From: Chiloscyllium plagiosum | Lineage: Eukaryota | NCBI RefSeq assembly: GCF_004010195.1 | Contig: NC_057752.1 | Location: forward strand, 5,079,535 to 5,143,534 | Reading direction: 5' to 3' | Length of the DNA stretch: 64,000 nucleotides | In this document: in pieces, positions 9,836 through 23,230 of the stretch | Position numbering within the stretch: position 1 is the first letter of the stretch | How the letters are laid out: every line of letters starts with the position of its first letter | The notes under the pieces: model-generated | What the model was told of the DNA's origin: nothing | Seen by the model: the letters and a program-made list of their open reading frames with translations, nothing else | The model's database searches: none | Position numbers and translations under genes: made by a program

Positions 9836-11459
9836 CTAAACATATTGCATAACTCACATGGTTGCTACATTTCTGTCCTTTTTGCCAAAATACATGTAAC
9901 TGACTTAAGCAAGAAGAATATGATACATCTGTCACTGCTGCAAATTAAATGGAACTATTAGGAAGTTATGGAATTGCAACCACCTCAAAATTCATTTGAT
10001 GTATGGAAAACCTTGGTTCAATGTAAAAAGGGCAACAGAAACAGATATGATCCTCCCAGAAAGGATGTTGTTTTAACTTTACTGTTTTGAAGGGTTAATG
10101 ATGGGTGAGACTTCCCACTGAAACCCCAAGATGAGTGCCACAATCAGGACCTGATTTTCAGGAAACGTATTGCATAACTTTATCACTCACTTAACCTGTG
10201 TCATTTATTGTCATAAACCTGCTCCTTTGCTGTTTTCAGTTTCCTAGTACTGACTTCTTTGTTGAAAGCAGTTTGCATAATTTCAGAATTATGCACTATT
10301 TAAATGTCGGGGGAATAGTTTAAATGTCAGTTTTTCACAATTGCCATTGTTCCACTTGCTAACCAGGGAAAGCAAAAGTGGTCAACAAGTTGGGGTTACT
10401 GTAGCCTGTCGACTAGAAAAATGATCTGACATGAGCAGGCCCCAAGAGAGCAATAAAGGAGGCAATAGAAAAGAAGTCTTTTTTTTAAAAAGGCCTTTGC
10501 ACATTAACTGTAACTGCAAGAAGCTGTTATGAAAGTATCAACAAAACAGAGTGTTGAGGGGATGCAGAAGTATAAATATAGCAGTGATTTTCTTCCTTTG
10601 CACTGATCTTCCCTCTCTTTTTCAGGCCGCAAATACCAGTACCTTGCAAACTTTCAACTCAAAACACGTGACAAAATGCGATCCATTGTACTTTTGTTTT
10701 TAAATAAAATTGGACAATTCTTTAATTTTTAAATCTGCTTTAGTACTATTATCATAGGATCCATATTGTCTAATGTGCATGTTTCATATGACTCCACACA
10801 CTCTTAGGTTCGGGGAGCAAATATAAAATTCTGTAAATCAGGCTGTTTTCAAAGGGCTAAAGCTTTGTAAGAGGAGAAAAAGTTTAATTAATTTCTTTTT
10901 GGTTTTGTTTTGTTTCTGGCCACTTGTGCAAAAGCATGACAAATATTCAGAATAATATGGTTTTCATGATAATCAGGCAAAGGTAGAAGCCACAAAAATA
11001 AGGAAAATATCCCTATTAGCATAAACTGTTGTGTTTCTTAGATACACTGTCTAATTTTCTGTATTATAGACTCCAATTCCTACTTTTATTGGGAAAGTAA
11101 AGATACAACTAAAGTTGGCAGCCCAATTCCCAGAGTGCAATATAGTAGCCCAAAGAAAGGCCATCTGACACTTAGAGATGAAATTTGTCCTGGCGCACCT
11201 ACAATCCATTTTAGATTCTGCTCAATTTAAGGTAACAGAGAAAATGACTATCACCCAAAACAAATTTCATTCCCATTATACCAAAGTGATGTCATACCAA
11301 CAGACACATTTACTGCCTAGCCCATACAATCTGAAATTTCATGCCTAAATCACCCCCCCCCCCCCCTTCACCCACACTCCTCACCTCTTCACTTCTAGGC
11401 ACAAGATAAGTGCAAGTTTTTAGAATGATCAATGATCCATTTGTTGAGAACTCTCAAAG

Positions 11460-11765
11460 TAGATTAGATTCCCTACAGTGTGGAAACAGGCCCCTTGGCC
11501 CAACAAGTCCACACCGACCCTCCGAAGAGTAACCCACCCAGACCCATTTCCCTCTGATTAATGCACCAAACGCTATGGGCAACTTAGCATGGCCAATTCA
11601 CCTGACTTGCACATCTTTGGACTGTGAGAGGAAACCAGAGCACCCGGAGAAAATCCACACAGAATGTGCAAACTCCACGCAGACAGTCGCCCGAGGCTGG
11701 AATCAAAGCTGGGACCCTGCTGCTGTGATGCAGCAGTACTAACCACTGAGACACCATGCTGCCCA
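11460..11765 (-). mobile_element. HE1/V-type SINE, near full length
   Basis: (AGATT)n tail, V-domain, tRNA head ending CCACTGAGACACCATGCTGCCC. Confidence 0.9.
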
Positions 11766-11929
11766 TCTTTTGAATTGCTTGTCATGATTAGAATGTGGGA
11801 TTTAATATCATAGGATGTAGTTGAAGGAAATAGCTTAGGTTCTCTGAAAAGAAAACTAGACGAGTGCTTGAGAGAAAAGGGAATAGAAAAATATGTTGAG
11901 AGATTAGATTCTTATTATGCAAGGTGTTG

Positions 11930-12050
11930 AAAGGTGGGCTGGTGAGAATGTGGATTTGAGGTTACAATTGGATCAGTCAAGTTCTGACTGAATAACAAAG
12001 CAGGCTTGAGGGGCTGAATGACCTACTCCTTCTCTCAACTCATGTGTTTG
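11930..12050 (+). mobile_element. CR1 3'UTR remnant
   Basis: GCAGGCTTGAGGGGCTGAATGACCTACTCCT. Confidence 0.6.
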
Positions 12051-15000
12051 TATACTTATACCAAGATGAATTGGATGGAATGGGATTCGTAGAGAGTGTA
12101 AACACCACACAGCCTAGTTAGGTTAAATGGGTGCCGCATATTTGATGTGATTCCTCATAAGACCATTTCTTTCTCAAAAATATTTTTTAAAAGATTGGAA
12201 ATTGTGCAAAATTTCTCTCTGGGTTAAAGTCTTATTTGAAATAAGTTTAAATAAATCAAAACTATTTTAATTGGGACCTGTTGCGCTGTTTGTCAAAATA
12301 TATCGATTCAATCAATGATTCATCTAAGAAATGCAAGACAGCTATTATTTTAACTTGTATTCAATTGCAACTGACATTAGAATAACATTCATTGGAATAT
12401 TTAAGTATATAAGGTAATTGTTGAAAAGATTAATTGTGAACAGTTTTATTCACTTCTATGGGATGACAGAATGGACATTTTCTTCTTACCTTTTATTTGC
12501 TTCTTTCTTCTTTTGCTTTTCAAACAGGTTCTATTATGAAAGCAAAACATGTTATCATTAATCAAATATAAATCATGCAATGATTAGAAGACCAACTGAC
12601 TATGGCTCTCGATATACAAAACAATGCTTTAGTAAAGATTTGAACAGACTGTTCAGATTTGATTTATATTCTGAGAAAGTTCGATAAAAGATTAAAAACA
12701 CACATCTTTTACCTGTAACAAACACAAGTTGGAAAATAATAAACGATGATAAAACAACTTGCATTCAGTTGGGGGGGTGTGGGGAAGAGGAGGTGAGGCC
12801 AGATGACAAAGGTGTGACTGGAAAGAGCAATGCCCAAACTTGAAGAAGACCTCCCTAAATTTCCACTGTAACATTTTGCTTTCTAGCCATTGCCATATAT
12901 GTTTTTTTCTGTGAGGGAGATGGCCAATTTTGGGCAATTTTATGTTGTTACCTCATCCCCAGGTACTGTACTGAGACCGTCCAAACCTCTTCCACTTTGG
13001 GCTCTCAGGGATAGACAGAAGAAATATGCCTCTCTTCCAGTTTGGGCTGGATGTGAATTTGTGGATAAATGTTATCATCTAACACTATCAATTCAGAGCT
13101 TTGCGCAGCATTTGTGCATATCGAGAAGTTGAGCATAAAATACAGCTTTATGTCTGCAAATGGTAAATTGTAACATTTCTTTCCTTTTTCTCAGCTATTG
13201 TGCCATCCATCCAGTCTCTTGTAAAGTAACTTTAACAATCATCCACCACATACTGTACTGTGCTACTATTACTGCTACTATCAAATAGGGATGAGTAATA
13301 ATTATTTCTAAAGCTATTGACTTATTTGATAAGTCAAGCCACACTTTCAGGAGTTAAATATATTACAAAGTGATTTAAACTTTGGAACAGAAATGGGAAT
13401 GATGTCAATTTGGTTGAGGAGATTTGAGCTTAATGTAATCTACTGTAAAAATAGAAAATGGGATTTGTTCAAACTGTAAAGGTTTTGTGTTGCACACGTG
13501 TAGTACAGAGCAGGACTATCCAAGAAGTTAAAAAGTAAATTTTGCAACACTGTAGTTGCTAACAAATTCTTTATAATGCCCTGGGCAATATCTATAATTC
13601 TGCTGAAACAGCAGGTAGAGAGCTCAAGCTTTCATTTCATAGCAGGAAACCATTCACAGCATCAACATCCAGCTTCACACACGGGACAGATCAGAGTGTT
13701 ACCAGAGGACTATGCTGCGGTTGTATTTTTCTTCATTACTTACTGTAAAACATGCATTTCCAGTTGGCTGTTTATCACTATATTTGATCACTTTACCAGA
13801 AAACTTTATGTTGATGTCAGGAATAGAGTATATTCACGCAGTACATATTCCCACATTCTGTTAAATGAGAAGACTCCTTATTGCTGAACTGAATCAAGCT
13901 TTCAGGCACATTCATTTAATATTTGTATGGAAAAAGTAGTACAGATCAGTCACAAATTTTAAAACACATTTGTCATCAAAATATATTTACAGTGGGGCCT
14001 TTTAATTTTGTTTTGATTTGCCGGTCAAGTGTTTGATGTCTCTTATATTTTTTTCTCCTCTAATTATTTCCCTCCTTGTCACTAAGACACTGACCTTTGA
14101 TGAGGGCAATTTCATTGGTGTTGACTGCCCTCTGTACCTTGCTCAAGTGGCAAAAAGCTGAGACTGTGAGTGTCGAGATATTACTTGAATTGTGCATGGT
14201 GTAGCTGAGTCTGTTTATACTCTTTTCAATGGCCACATACTCTTTCCAAAACGTATACTTCAAAACAGTTTTATAAATAATTGTTAAAATGTGACATTAC
14301 ATGAAGTGTAATACAGATTTATTTCTTGCAATATAGCACATGGCACTCTAGTGCATCTCACTACACTCACAGGTTATATTTACTATTATATTTCATTTCA
14401 AACATTATGCAATGCATTATAGCCGGAGAGCTTACACAATGGCGTTTCCCAATTAAGCCTTTGCAGTATCTTCCCCAAGCTTTAGCATGTCCCTCTGCAA
14501 GTAGATGTGGACTTTTTGAACATGCCAGTCAGCTAGGGATAGCTGTCTGCGCTGGAAGACCAGCAAGTTTCAAAGAGACCAGATTTTTGGTAAGTTGGTG
14601 GCCCTCCAGCAGCAGTTGATGTTTATCTTCATGTGTGTCATAGGAGCAGCCTGTAGAGCTGAGCTGTTCAGAAAGCCCCTCAACAAAAATCAGTGCATCT
14701 CCCTTTAGACATTCTCTGCAAAGGCACATTCCAAAGGGAAGTAGGTAACTGTCTCCACAGTCCAGCCACCTTGAGAGCAGTGTAAGGTGGTACTGAGACT
14801 CTTGGTGAGCATGATGAGTTTGCCAGTAACTCACCACCAAACAAGTTATATTTGGTTCTTGTTTGAAAGTTCTGGCAATGAGGATTTTGCCCAATGACTT
14901 TGACAGTCTGCTCAGGGAACTGTCTGAGAGAATCCACCATCTCTTTTTCCCATTGAACTTTAAGGATGCTACATGCAGATCACTGCCCGATGAACTTGTG

Positions 15001-15899
15001 GTTAAAGGTAGTTTCCTGCATAAACTGTTCCACAAGGGACAGGTGGTTTGACATGTCGAACTGAATGGAATGTTGCATGGCAAGTCATCAGACCCATCCT
15101 TTACAACACCAGGGGCAGGGATAAGCTCCACATATAGTAACACTTGGTGCTAATGTGTCAAGGGCGGAGGTAGCTACACACAAAGATGGCCATCAGTACC
15201 AGGACAGCATTGGGTATGTTCTTCTCCCATTATCTAACAGTTTGTACAATATGTCCCTGTGAACATGGTCCATCTTTAATCTGCAGATCAAACAGAAGAT
15301 GGTCCTGGTGACCTCTGCTGTGTAGAAGCTGGATATAGGCCAGACCTGCAACAGAAACACAATGCATATTGAACCTGACAGCCAGGTTTGTGTCCACAAT
15401 GAGGGAATGTCACTTCCAAGTGCCAATTTTGTTTTAGCATAGCTATACATTCCCCCAGTTGGCACATGCCCCTGCCCATATTCCCAGAAATATCAGGTAA
15501 TCTGACCAGATGGTGAATATGACAAATGATTGGTCAGCTCAGTTCCCAAAGAATATGGCATCTCACTTGCCACAACTTGCTGAGGTCAACTGTCACAATC
15601 CAACTGCCATACTTACTTAGATCTATTAACTTGGCACTACTTGGAGAGCAGTCTTGGGATTTTTCGGGTCTGTATGGCCTCTTCCAGGTAAGATATTGAT
15701 TCCATCACTGGAAGCATCAAGGAAACCTTAAGCAGATAATTCTAAGCAAATTCTAATTATATCCCCTGTAGTCTTTACGAATACAAAGGAAAAGCGAATG
15801 TTTTTCTACAAGACATCTCAATGAACCTCAACTCTCTAACATTCTGCAGCCTATAGCCAATCTTGACCCACATTAAGGCCTGGCAGACTTATGTTGGTC

Positions 15900-16320
15900 T
15901 TCTAACGCATCCAATTAAAAATCCTCATCTTCATGCTTAAATTTCTTCATGGCCTCACTCCTCCCTACCTCTGTAATCTACTCCAGTCATAAGTTAGCCA
16001 GCAAACACCCTCCTCCCCGGCTGCTTCCGGAAACCATCACCCTCAATTTTATTCTTCCTTCACCTCTGGCTTGATGAGCATTTATCTCTTCTTTTTGCTC
16101 CACCATTGTTGGCAGTACCTATAGCTATTCAGACCCCATGCTCTGAAATTCCATCAAGCCCTCTGCCTCCTCTACTCATTTAAAGACCCTCCGTAAAAAT
16201 GCTGAGCTTGCTTGGGCTTGTGCCTCCTACTATCTTCTTCTTTGCTCAGATTACACTTACTGAAGGGTATTAGGCTATTCTTTTCTAGATTTCAAACTTT
16301 GTATATCTAACTTGTTGTTG
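15900..16320 (+). mobile_element. L2 LINE 3' fragment, degenerate
   Basis: AAAATCCTCATC...CATGGCCTCACTCCTCCCTACCTCTGTAATCT (HGLxPPYL) and an L2-like 3' end. Confidence 0.6.
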
Positions 16321-17278
16321 AGAGGTGTAACAGGATATTCATTAACTTGAATCGTTTAAGAAAGTTGAATTTAACAGCCCTAAGAATGATCTCAAATACT
16401 TATTGCAGCCAATGCAACTCTACAGCACAATTACTCTGTGATATTGCCCTGTTGGGTGACTTGCGATTCCATTGATACAAGAGATTGATGGATTAATGTG
16501 CTGCACTGTCAAGTGATAGGATGCAGATTCACACTATTTCCCAAACAGTGAAATCCCCCTCATAGCTGGGTTGCCAAGGGGTGTCATTAAATACAATAAA
16601 ACTTCTTGAGGAGGAAAAAAAATTTGAAAATAACTCAAATCTGTCTGTAATTCATCCTAATCCTCTCTTAATTTTATGATCTCCATGGTTTGAGCGTATC
16701 AGTACCTAGCATGTATGCATGAAATTCCTTTGTCTACTATTCTGGTGGCAGTGATTTTAAATGGGTCAACCTCTCTGCTATAATACTGAACAAAGGAATT
16801 GTATTTGAATGTGTTAAGCCTTTGTGTGCTAGTATTTGTACAGAGTAATTTCAAGGTCATAGTCTATAAGAATGATAATTGAAAAAATTTTAAGCACTTA
16901 TACATTGTGAATCTGATTTTGGGAGAGCAATATTCAAATGCCCCTTGTGTATTGCTTTCCCTGCTTGATAGCCTGATTTAGCACTGCTCTCCCTGGAGGC
17001 CTTTGAAGGACAAGTCTTAAAAAGGAGACAATTCCTGGCTCTACGGATTTCATTGTAGTGCACTGCACATAGAAAACATTTAAAATTATGAAACCTTAAT
17101 TTAAAATACCATGTTGCAAACATTTGTTCTTTAAAGCTAAATTATTTTCTACTTGCAAATGGTGAGATAAGATAATTCAGTTTAGTGTCTGTAATGGTAG
17201 CAACTGATACAAATCTTTTTTTCCATTGAACATTGTAGTTATTTCATTGCACAGAATGTAAAAGATTCAGGGAGGTCA

Positions 17279-19250
17279 GTCATAGAGTCATAGAGATGTA
17301 CAGCACAGAAACAGACCCTTTGGTCCAACTCGTCCAGATATCTTAACCTAATCTAGTCCCATTTGCCAGCACTTGGCCCATATCTCTCTAAACCCTTCCT
17401 ATTCATGAGCCCATCCAGACGCCTTTTAAATGCTGTATTTGTACCAGCCACCACCACTTCCTCTGGCAGCTCATTCCATACACGCTCTTGCCTCTGTGTG
17501 AAAAAGTTGCCCCTTACGTCCCTTTTATATTTTTCCCCTCTCACCCTAAACCTATGTCCTCTAGTTCTGCACTCCCCCAACACAGGGAAAAGGTTTTGTC
17601 TATTTATCCTATCCATGCCCCTCATGATTTTATAAACCTCTATAAGGTCACCCCTCAGCCTCCGATGCTCCAGGGAAAACAGCCCCAGCCTATTCAGCCT
17701 CTCCCTGTAGCTCAAATCCTCCAACCCTGGCAACATCCTTGTAAATTTTTTCTGAACCCTTTCAAGTTTCACAACATCCTTCCAATAGCAAGGAGACCAG
17801 AGTTGCATGCAATATTCCAACAGTGGCCTAACCAATGTCCTGTACAGCCACAACATGACCTCTCAACTCCTGTACTCAATACTATGACCAATAAAGGAAA
17901 ACATACCAAACACCTTCTTCACTATCGTATCTACCGGCGACTCTACTTTCAAAGAACTATGAACCTGCACTCCAAGGTCTCTTTGCTCAGCTACTCTCCC
18001 CAGGACCTTACCATTAAGTGTATAAGTCCTGCTCTGATTTGCTTTCCAAAATGCAGCACCTNNNNNNNNNNNNNNNNNNNNNNNNNNNNNNNNNNNNNNN
18101 NNNNNNNNNNNNNNNNNNNNNNNNNNNNNNNNNNNNNNNNNNNNNNNNNNNNNNNNNNNNNNNNNNNNNNNNNNNNNNNNNNNNNNNNNNNNNNNNNNNN
18201 NNNNNNNNNNNNNNNNNNNNNNNNNNNNNNNNNNNNNNNNNNNNNNNNNNNNNNNNNNNNNNNNNNNNNNNNNNNNNNNNNNNNNNNNNNNNNNNNNNNN
18301 NNNNNNNNNNNNNNNNNNNNNNNNNNNNNNNNNNNNNNNNNNNNNNNNNNNNNNNNNNNNNNNNNNNNNNNNNNNNNNNNNNNNNNNNNNNNNNNNNNNN
18401 NNNNNNNNNNNNNNNNNNNNNNNNNNNNNNNNNNNNNNNNNNNNNNNNNNNNNNNNNNNNNNNNNNNNNNNNNNNNNNNNNNNNNNNNNNNNNNNNNNNN
18501 NNNNNNNNNNNNNNNNNNNNNNNNNNNNNNNNNNNNNNNNNNNNNNNNNNNNNNNNNNNNNNNNNNNNNNNNNNNNNNNNNNNNNNNNNNNNNNNNNNNN
18601 NNNNNNNNNNNNNNNNNNNNNNNNNNNNNNNNNNNNNNNNNNNNNNNNNNNNNNNNNNNNNNNNNNNNNNNNNNNNNNNNNNNNNNNNNNNNNNNNNNNN
18701 NNNNNNNNNNNNNNNNNNNNNNNNNNNNNNNNNNNNNNNNNNNNNNNNNNNNNNNNNNNNNNNNNNNNNNNNNNNNNNNNNNNNNNNNNNNNNNNATGTC
18801 CTTCTCCACAGTAAAAACTGATGCAAAATACTCGTTTAGTATCTTCCCCCATCTCCTGTGGCTCCATACATAGGCTGCCATGTTGATCTTTGTGGGACCT
18901 ATTCTCTCCCTAGTTACCCTTTTGTCTTTAATGTATTTATAAAAACCCTTTGGATTCTCCTTAACCCTATTTGCCAAAGCTATCTCATGTTCCCTTTTTG
19001 CCCTCCTGATTTCCCTCTTAAGTATACTCCTACTGCCTTTATACTCTTCTAAGGATTCACTCAATCTCTCCTGTCTATACCTGACATATGCTTCTTCACC
19101 AAAACCTCAATTTCTCTTGTCATCCAGCATTCCCTACACCTACCAGCCTTTCCTTTCACCCTAACAGGAATATACTGTCTCTGGACCCACGTTATCTCAG
19201 TTTTGAAGGCTTCCCATTTTCCAGCTGTCCCTTTACCTCCGAACATCTAC
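17279..19250 (-). mobile_element. CR1 LINE ORF2 (RT and C-terminus), 5'-truncated, spans a gap
   Basis: ORFs LYRTLVRPLLEYC..WSP..KDVVKLERVQKKFTRM and KENPKGFYKYIKDKR; (CATAGAGT)n tail at 17279-17295. Confidence 0.95.
18062..18796. other. Assembly gap (735 N) inside a CR1
   Basis: Run of N. Confidence 1.
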
Positions 19251-20902
19251 CCATAATTGTTAGTTTGCAAATGCAATCTGTTTTTACAGAAAGTAAAATG
19301 AAGTAGCATTTTATGACAGGTTAGAGCCAGAGCTACCTTTTGAGGTCATCAACAAGCATCACTTTTACTAATTTTTCAGGAAGTTTATTGATTGAAGGCA
19401 ACATCCAATGTGTGAGATCTTGTGGATGATATGTGAAATGTAGCAAAATAGACATTAAAATCAGTACAAATCTTCCAACTTAAATGCCCATCTTTGTTCA
19501 AGAGTAAAGACTTACATTGAACAGTATGAAGATAGGCATGCAGCATATGGTGTGGATGTGGCTTTTCATCTACTACATACAAAGCTTTTTATCAGCGTCA
19601 CATTTTTATTTGTGGCATTTGCATTCATTACAATAAAAGAACTTCTCTTTACGTTGTGAAGCAAATGGTTTGGTATTTCAGAAAACTTTAAAATTAGATG
19701 ATAAATCAGTCAATGACCAAGCCTTTGGTAATGCAGAATTGGACTAGATTTTTTTTTAACATGAATTTGCTTCCTCTGGATATATATCTGACTGTACCTG
19801 AAAGCCAGGGTCCATCATCCTCCATTGCCCTGCGTAGGTCACCATTTTTGATATATCAGCCTTAACAGCAAGCTAACCAATGACAGCTGAGCCCGCCACT
19901 GTCCTGTGTTTTCACTTTGAGAGTATAGGACGGTCATGTTACTAGAGAAACAAGTGGAAAAAATGAAGGAACCAAGGACCAACGGTAAGGGAATATGTGT
20001 GTAATGGCCTTAGAGGGCCAGGGCCTGTATTTTAGTAGTTTAATTTCACAGCTAGGCACTAGATTGCAGGCATTTGCAGTACCAAGAGAGGTCAGCCAAT
20101 AATAATGACCACTTCTTGAACTTCATTAAATGCTTTGTCATATGAAGGATCTTGAAGTGTTTCAAACAATTGATTTTGAAGTGCTAGTGACTGCAGTGCA
20201 CTAATCTAACTCTGCAGTGCAGTTGGTACATCAAAGACTGACTACATTGTATTTAGGAGTACACTGAACAGTGGGAGAAGCACATGTCTGCTAGCAACAG
20301 CATTACCTTAAGATCAAAGTGCATTTAAAGTGGAATGAAAGCCAGGATTAAAATATTATTTCTTCTTCTACTTTTGTTTTAATATCCAGCATGCATCCCA
20401 CCTATTTTCTTTCACTTCATTAAGGAGTCTTCATTCATTTAGTTAGAACACAATAGAGTACTAGACATATTTTGTGATCCTAAGGAGCTGGGTTTGAAGA
20501 AAATGTTGGTCAGTCATAGGGCTACAACATTTGCAGTCTCAATGTTCCATTTCACATTCCCAGTCAATGCGGTTTTCCTATATTTCCATCTAATACAAAA
20601 GGAGTCACATTCACCTTTTTTTGTTTGTGAATTGCATCTGTTTCTCAAAATGGTACTCCCCTGCAGTTGGATTCATACCTCACCCTCAATAATTTTGCCT
20701 GACAGAGGCCAGCAAAATGGCACACAAGTTCTTCTTGAGCAATTCATAAGCTGTTTAATTTCTTGTGAACTGTCTGGAAAAAAACTTGTGCCTTGAAGTA
20801 ATCAGAATTGTACATGAACGGTCATCTGCAAAACCAAGGTTTTTCTTGCCTGTGATTTGGATCTCCCTTCATCAGCTGATTAAAAAGCAAGTTGTGGATT
20901 GC

Positions 20903-21698
20903 TAAGCACTGCCTCAGAAACCACTGCAGAGAGATTAGAGAGATTCACCATGATCTCAGGGAAGATACGAAGGTATGCAATTTCTGTTGACTGTAGAATG
21001 ACATGTAAGCATCTAGAACCAGAGGTCACTGCTGAAAAATAAAAGGTCACTTAAGGCAGAGGTGAAGAGATTTTTTTCTCAAAGAAAGGCATGAGTCTTT
21101 GGAATTCCCTTCCTCAAAAAGTGGGGGAAGCAGAGCCTTTGAATATTTTTAGGATAGCAGCATATAGATTCTCAATTAGCAAGGGGTTGGGGAGGGGGGG
21201 TTGGTCATGAAAGGTTAACGGGGGAGACGGGAATGTGGATTAATCAGAACAGCCCTGATCTTATTGAATGGTAGAGCAGGCTTGAGGGGCTGAATGGCCT
21301 ACTCCTGGTTTTAATTTATATGTTCATGTCAGTCTGTTTGCTTTAACTGATTTGTCCATCAATAGTTCTAGGTTCTCACTTTTTATAAATCAATCCAATT
21401 CATCTTTCTGAAGTCAAAGTTCATGATCTCACACTTGCTAACATTGGGATGAATTGTCTGTACTCCTTGCATTCACTTAATCTGTCTCTGTGCAGTTGTG
21501 ACTTATTTATACTTACTGTTCCTTTAAAGTCTGTGTGTGTGTGCTCGGTAGAAGATAGCACTGATCTTGCAACTTAGTGCATTCAAGGGTGATTTTGGAA
21601 AAATGTACTTATGTAACCACACATATACTTTCTGCTCTCCTCACATACAATAGTGGGTCTCTCTAATCTCTCTGCAGTGGTTTCTGAGGCAGTGCTTA
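20903..21698. repeat. Perfect 41-bp inverted repeat (20903-20943 / 21658-21698)
   Basis: TAAGCACTGCCTCAGAAACCACTGCAGAGAGATTAGAGAGA and its exact reverse complement. Confidence 0.95.
21010..21330 (+). mobile_element. CR1 3' fragment
   Basis: TCTAGAACCAGAGGTCAC (SRTRGH), TGGAATTCCCTTCCTC (WNSLP), 3'UTR GGGGCTGAATGGCCTACTCCTG. Confidence 0.75.
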
Positions 21699-23029
21699 AT
21701 GGAAACAAGAGCAGCAATGTACAGCATAGCAGGCACTGTTACAACTCTCAATCTTACAAGTCAATTGTTAGTCCAAAGTTTGGGGATTTACAGTGAGTGA
21801 GGGACTGGTTTAGAAGAGTGTGAGAAAAGGGCAGAAGAGGTGTAGACTGATGATGGACCAGCAAGTACAGGGTGAAGGCTCACCTCAGTAGCTGCTACTA
21901 TGTGAAGTCCTCAGGCGAGCAAGCTTAGTGTTCCTGCATTCCAACAGAGGCTTATTTAACAATGGACAGTATAGAGTAAGATTAGACTTAGTAAAATGTT
22001 ATGCTGGATCAACTAGACTCTTAAAAGGCGATAAGCCTTTCTTTGCTAGCTTAATGTCAGTCCTGCTTCTATTTTTTTCTGCCTCTTGCTTGCACAAAGC
22101 CTCCCAGTATTGGTATTGATGCTCTTTTCCTTTCCTTGTTGATGCTCAGTCTCCTTGTGCTTATGCTGTTCTTTTGCAGCCTTCACTTAAATAATTTTTA
22201 ATTGGTACACCTGATCCTTATTCTTTATCCTCTATAGTCAGATGAGCCAATTCTAACTCTGTGTTCACATTTTTCTCAGCTCTAATAATAAATGTTATTT
22301 TCTTTTGATAACTAACTTCCAGTTTTATCTTTGAACACCTTGTTTCATCTGCAGGTAACACTTGTCACACTTTACCACTGATTGTTACAAGTTGGGCTCC
22401 TCCAAAACTTTTACTCATGTTCACAAAAACGAAACAGTTTCATGAATTCAGTACCTTTTTCCCATGTGCAATCTGGAAAGATATGGTACCTAATTGTTGC
22501 AAGACCAGGAAAAAGCCATGCTATTGGTGGCTAAATACAAATAAGTCAGGTTTACTACAAACTATAACTTTATAGTTAATCAGATATAATATAAAATAAT
22601 CAGATATAATAAAAGATAGCACTATATAGATATAGTATTTGCACTGATGTGTAAACTGGTAAACTGAAACTAAAAAACTAAGGATTAATGTATTGGATTT
22701 TTTTTCAGCCTACTATAGTTACATCTTGGATGAACGTAATCTGATGCTGCACTTCTTTTGTGTTCACCTGTATCAGTATGATGTAACTTCAGTCTACTTA
22801 AGTGAATTAAGATATACCAAAAGATTGCATGAAATATGCCTGTTCCAGCCATCTTCCAATGTTTTAGATCAATCTGGAACTTTCAGTAGGCAGCTGTCTT
22901 TGAGGGAATTCCAACAGCTGAATAATCAACGTTAAAAATATTTCCGTTATGTGCTCACTACTTGATATTTACCAGTTCAAACTTGATCCAAAGTTTTTTG
23001 GAACTTCATCTCACTTGTATTAATTGCAG

Positions 23030-23230
23030 ATAGTTTACCTCTGTCCTTATCCAGCCCCCTGTATCAATGGGGGATAGTTTACCTCTGTCCTTATCCAGCC
23101 CTGTATCAATGGGGAATAGTTTGACTCTGTCCTTATCCAGCCCTGTATCAATGGGGGATAATTTACCTCTATCCTTATCCAGCCCTGTATGAAGTGCAGG
23201 TAGTTTACTTCTGTCCTTATCCAGCCCTAT
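23030..23230. repeat. 42-bp minisatellite (~4.7 copies)
   Basis: Units start at 23030, 23074, 23116, 23158 and 23200; consensus ATAGTTTACCTCTGTCCTTATCCAGCCCTGTATCAATGGGGG. Confidence 0.95.

Noticed and set aside
23030..23230. CRISPR-like array
   Set aside because: Contiguous tandem units without unique spacers, in a vertebrate genome; a minisatellite. The same applies to 280-409.
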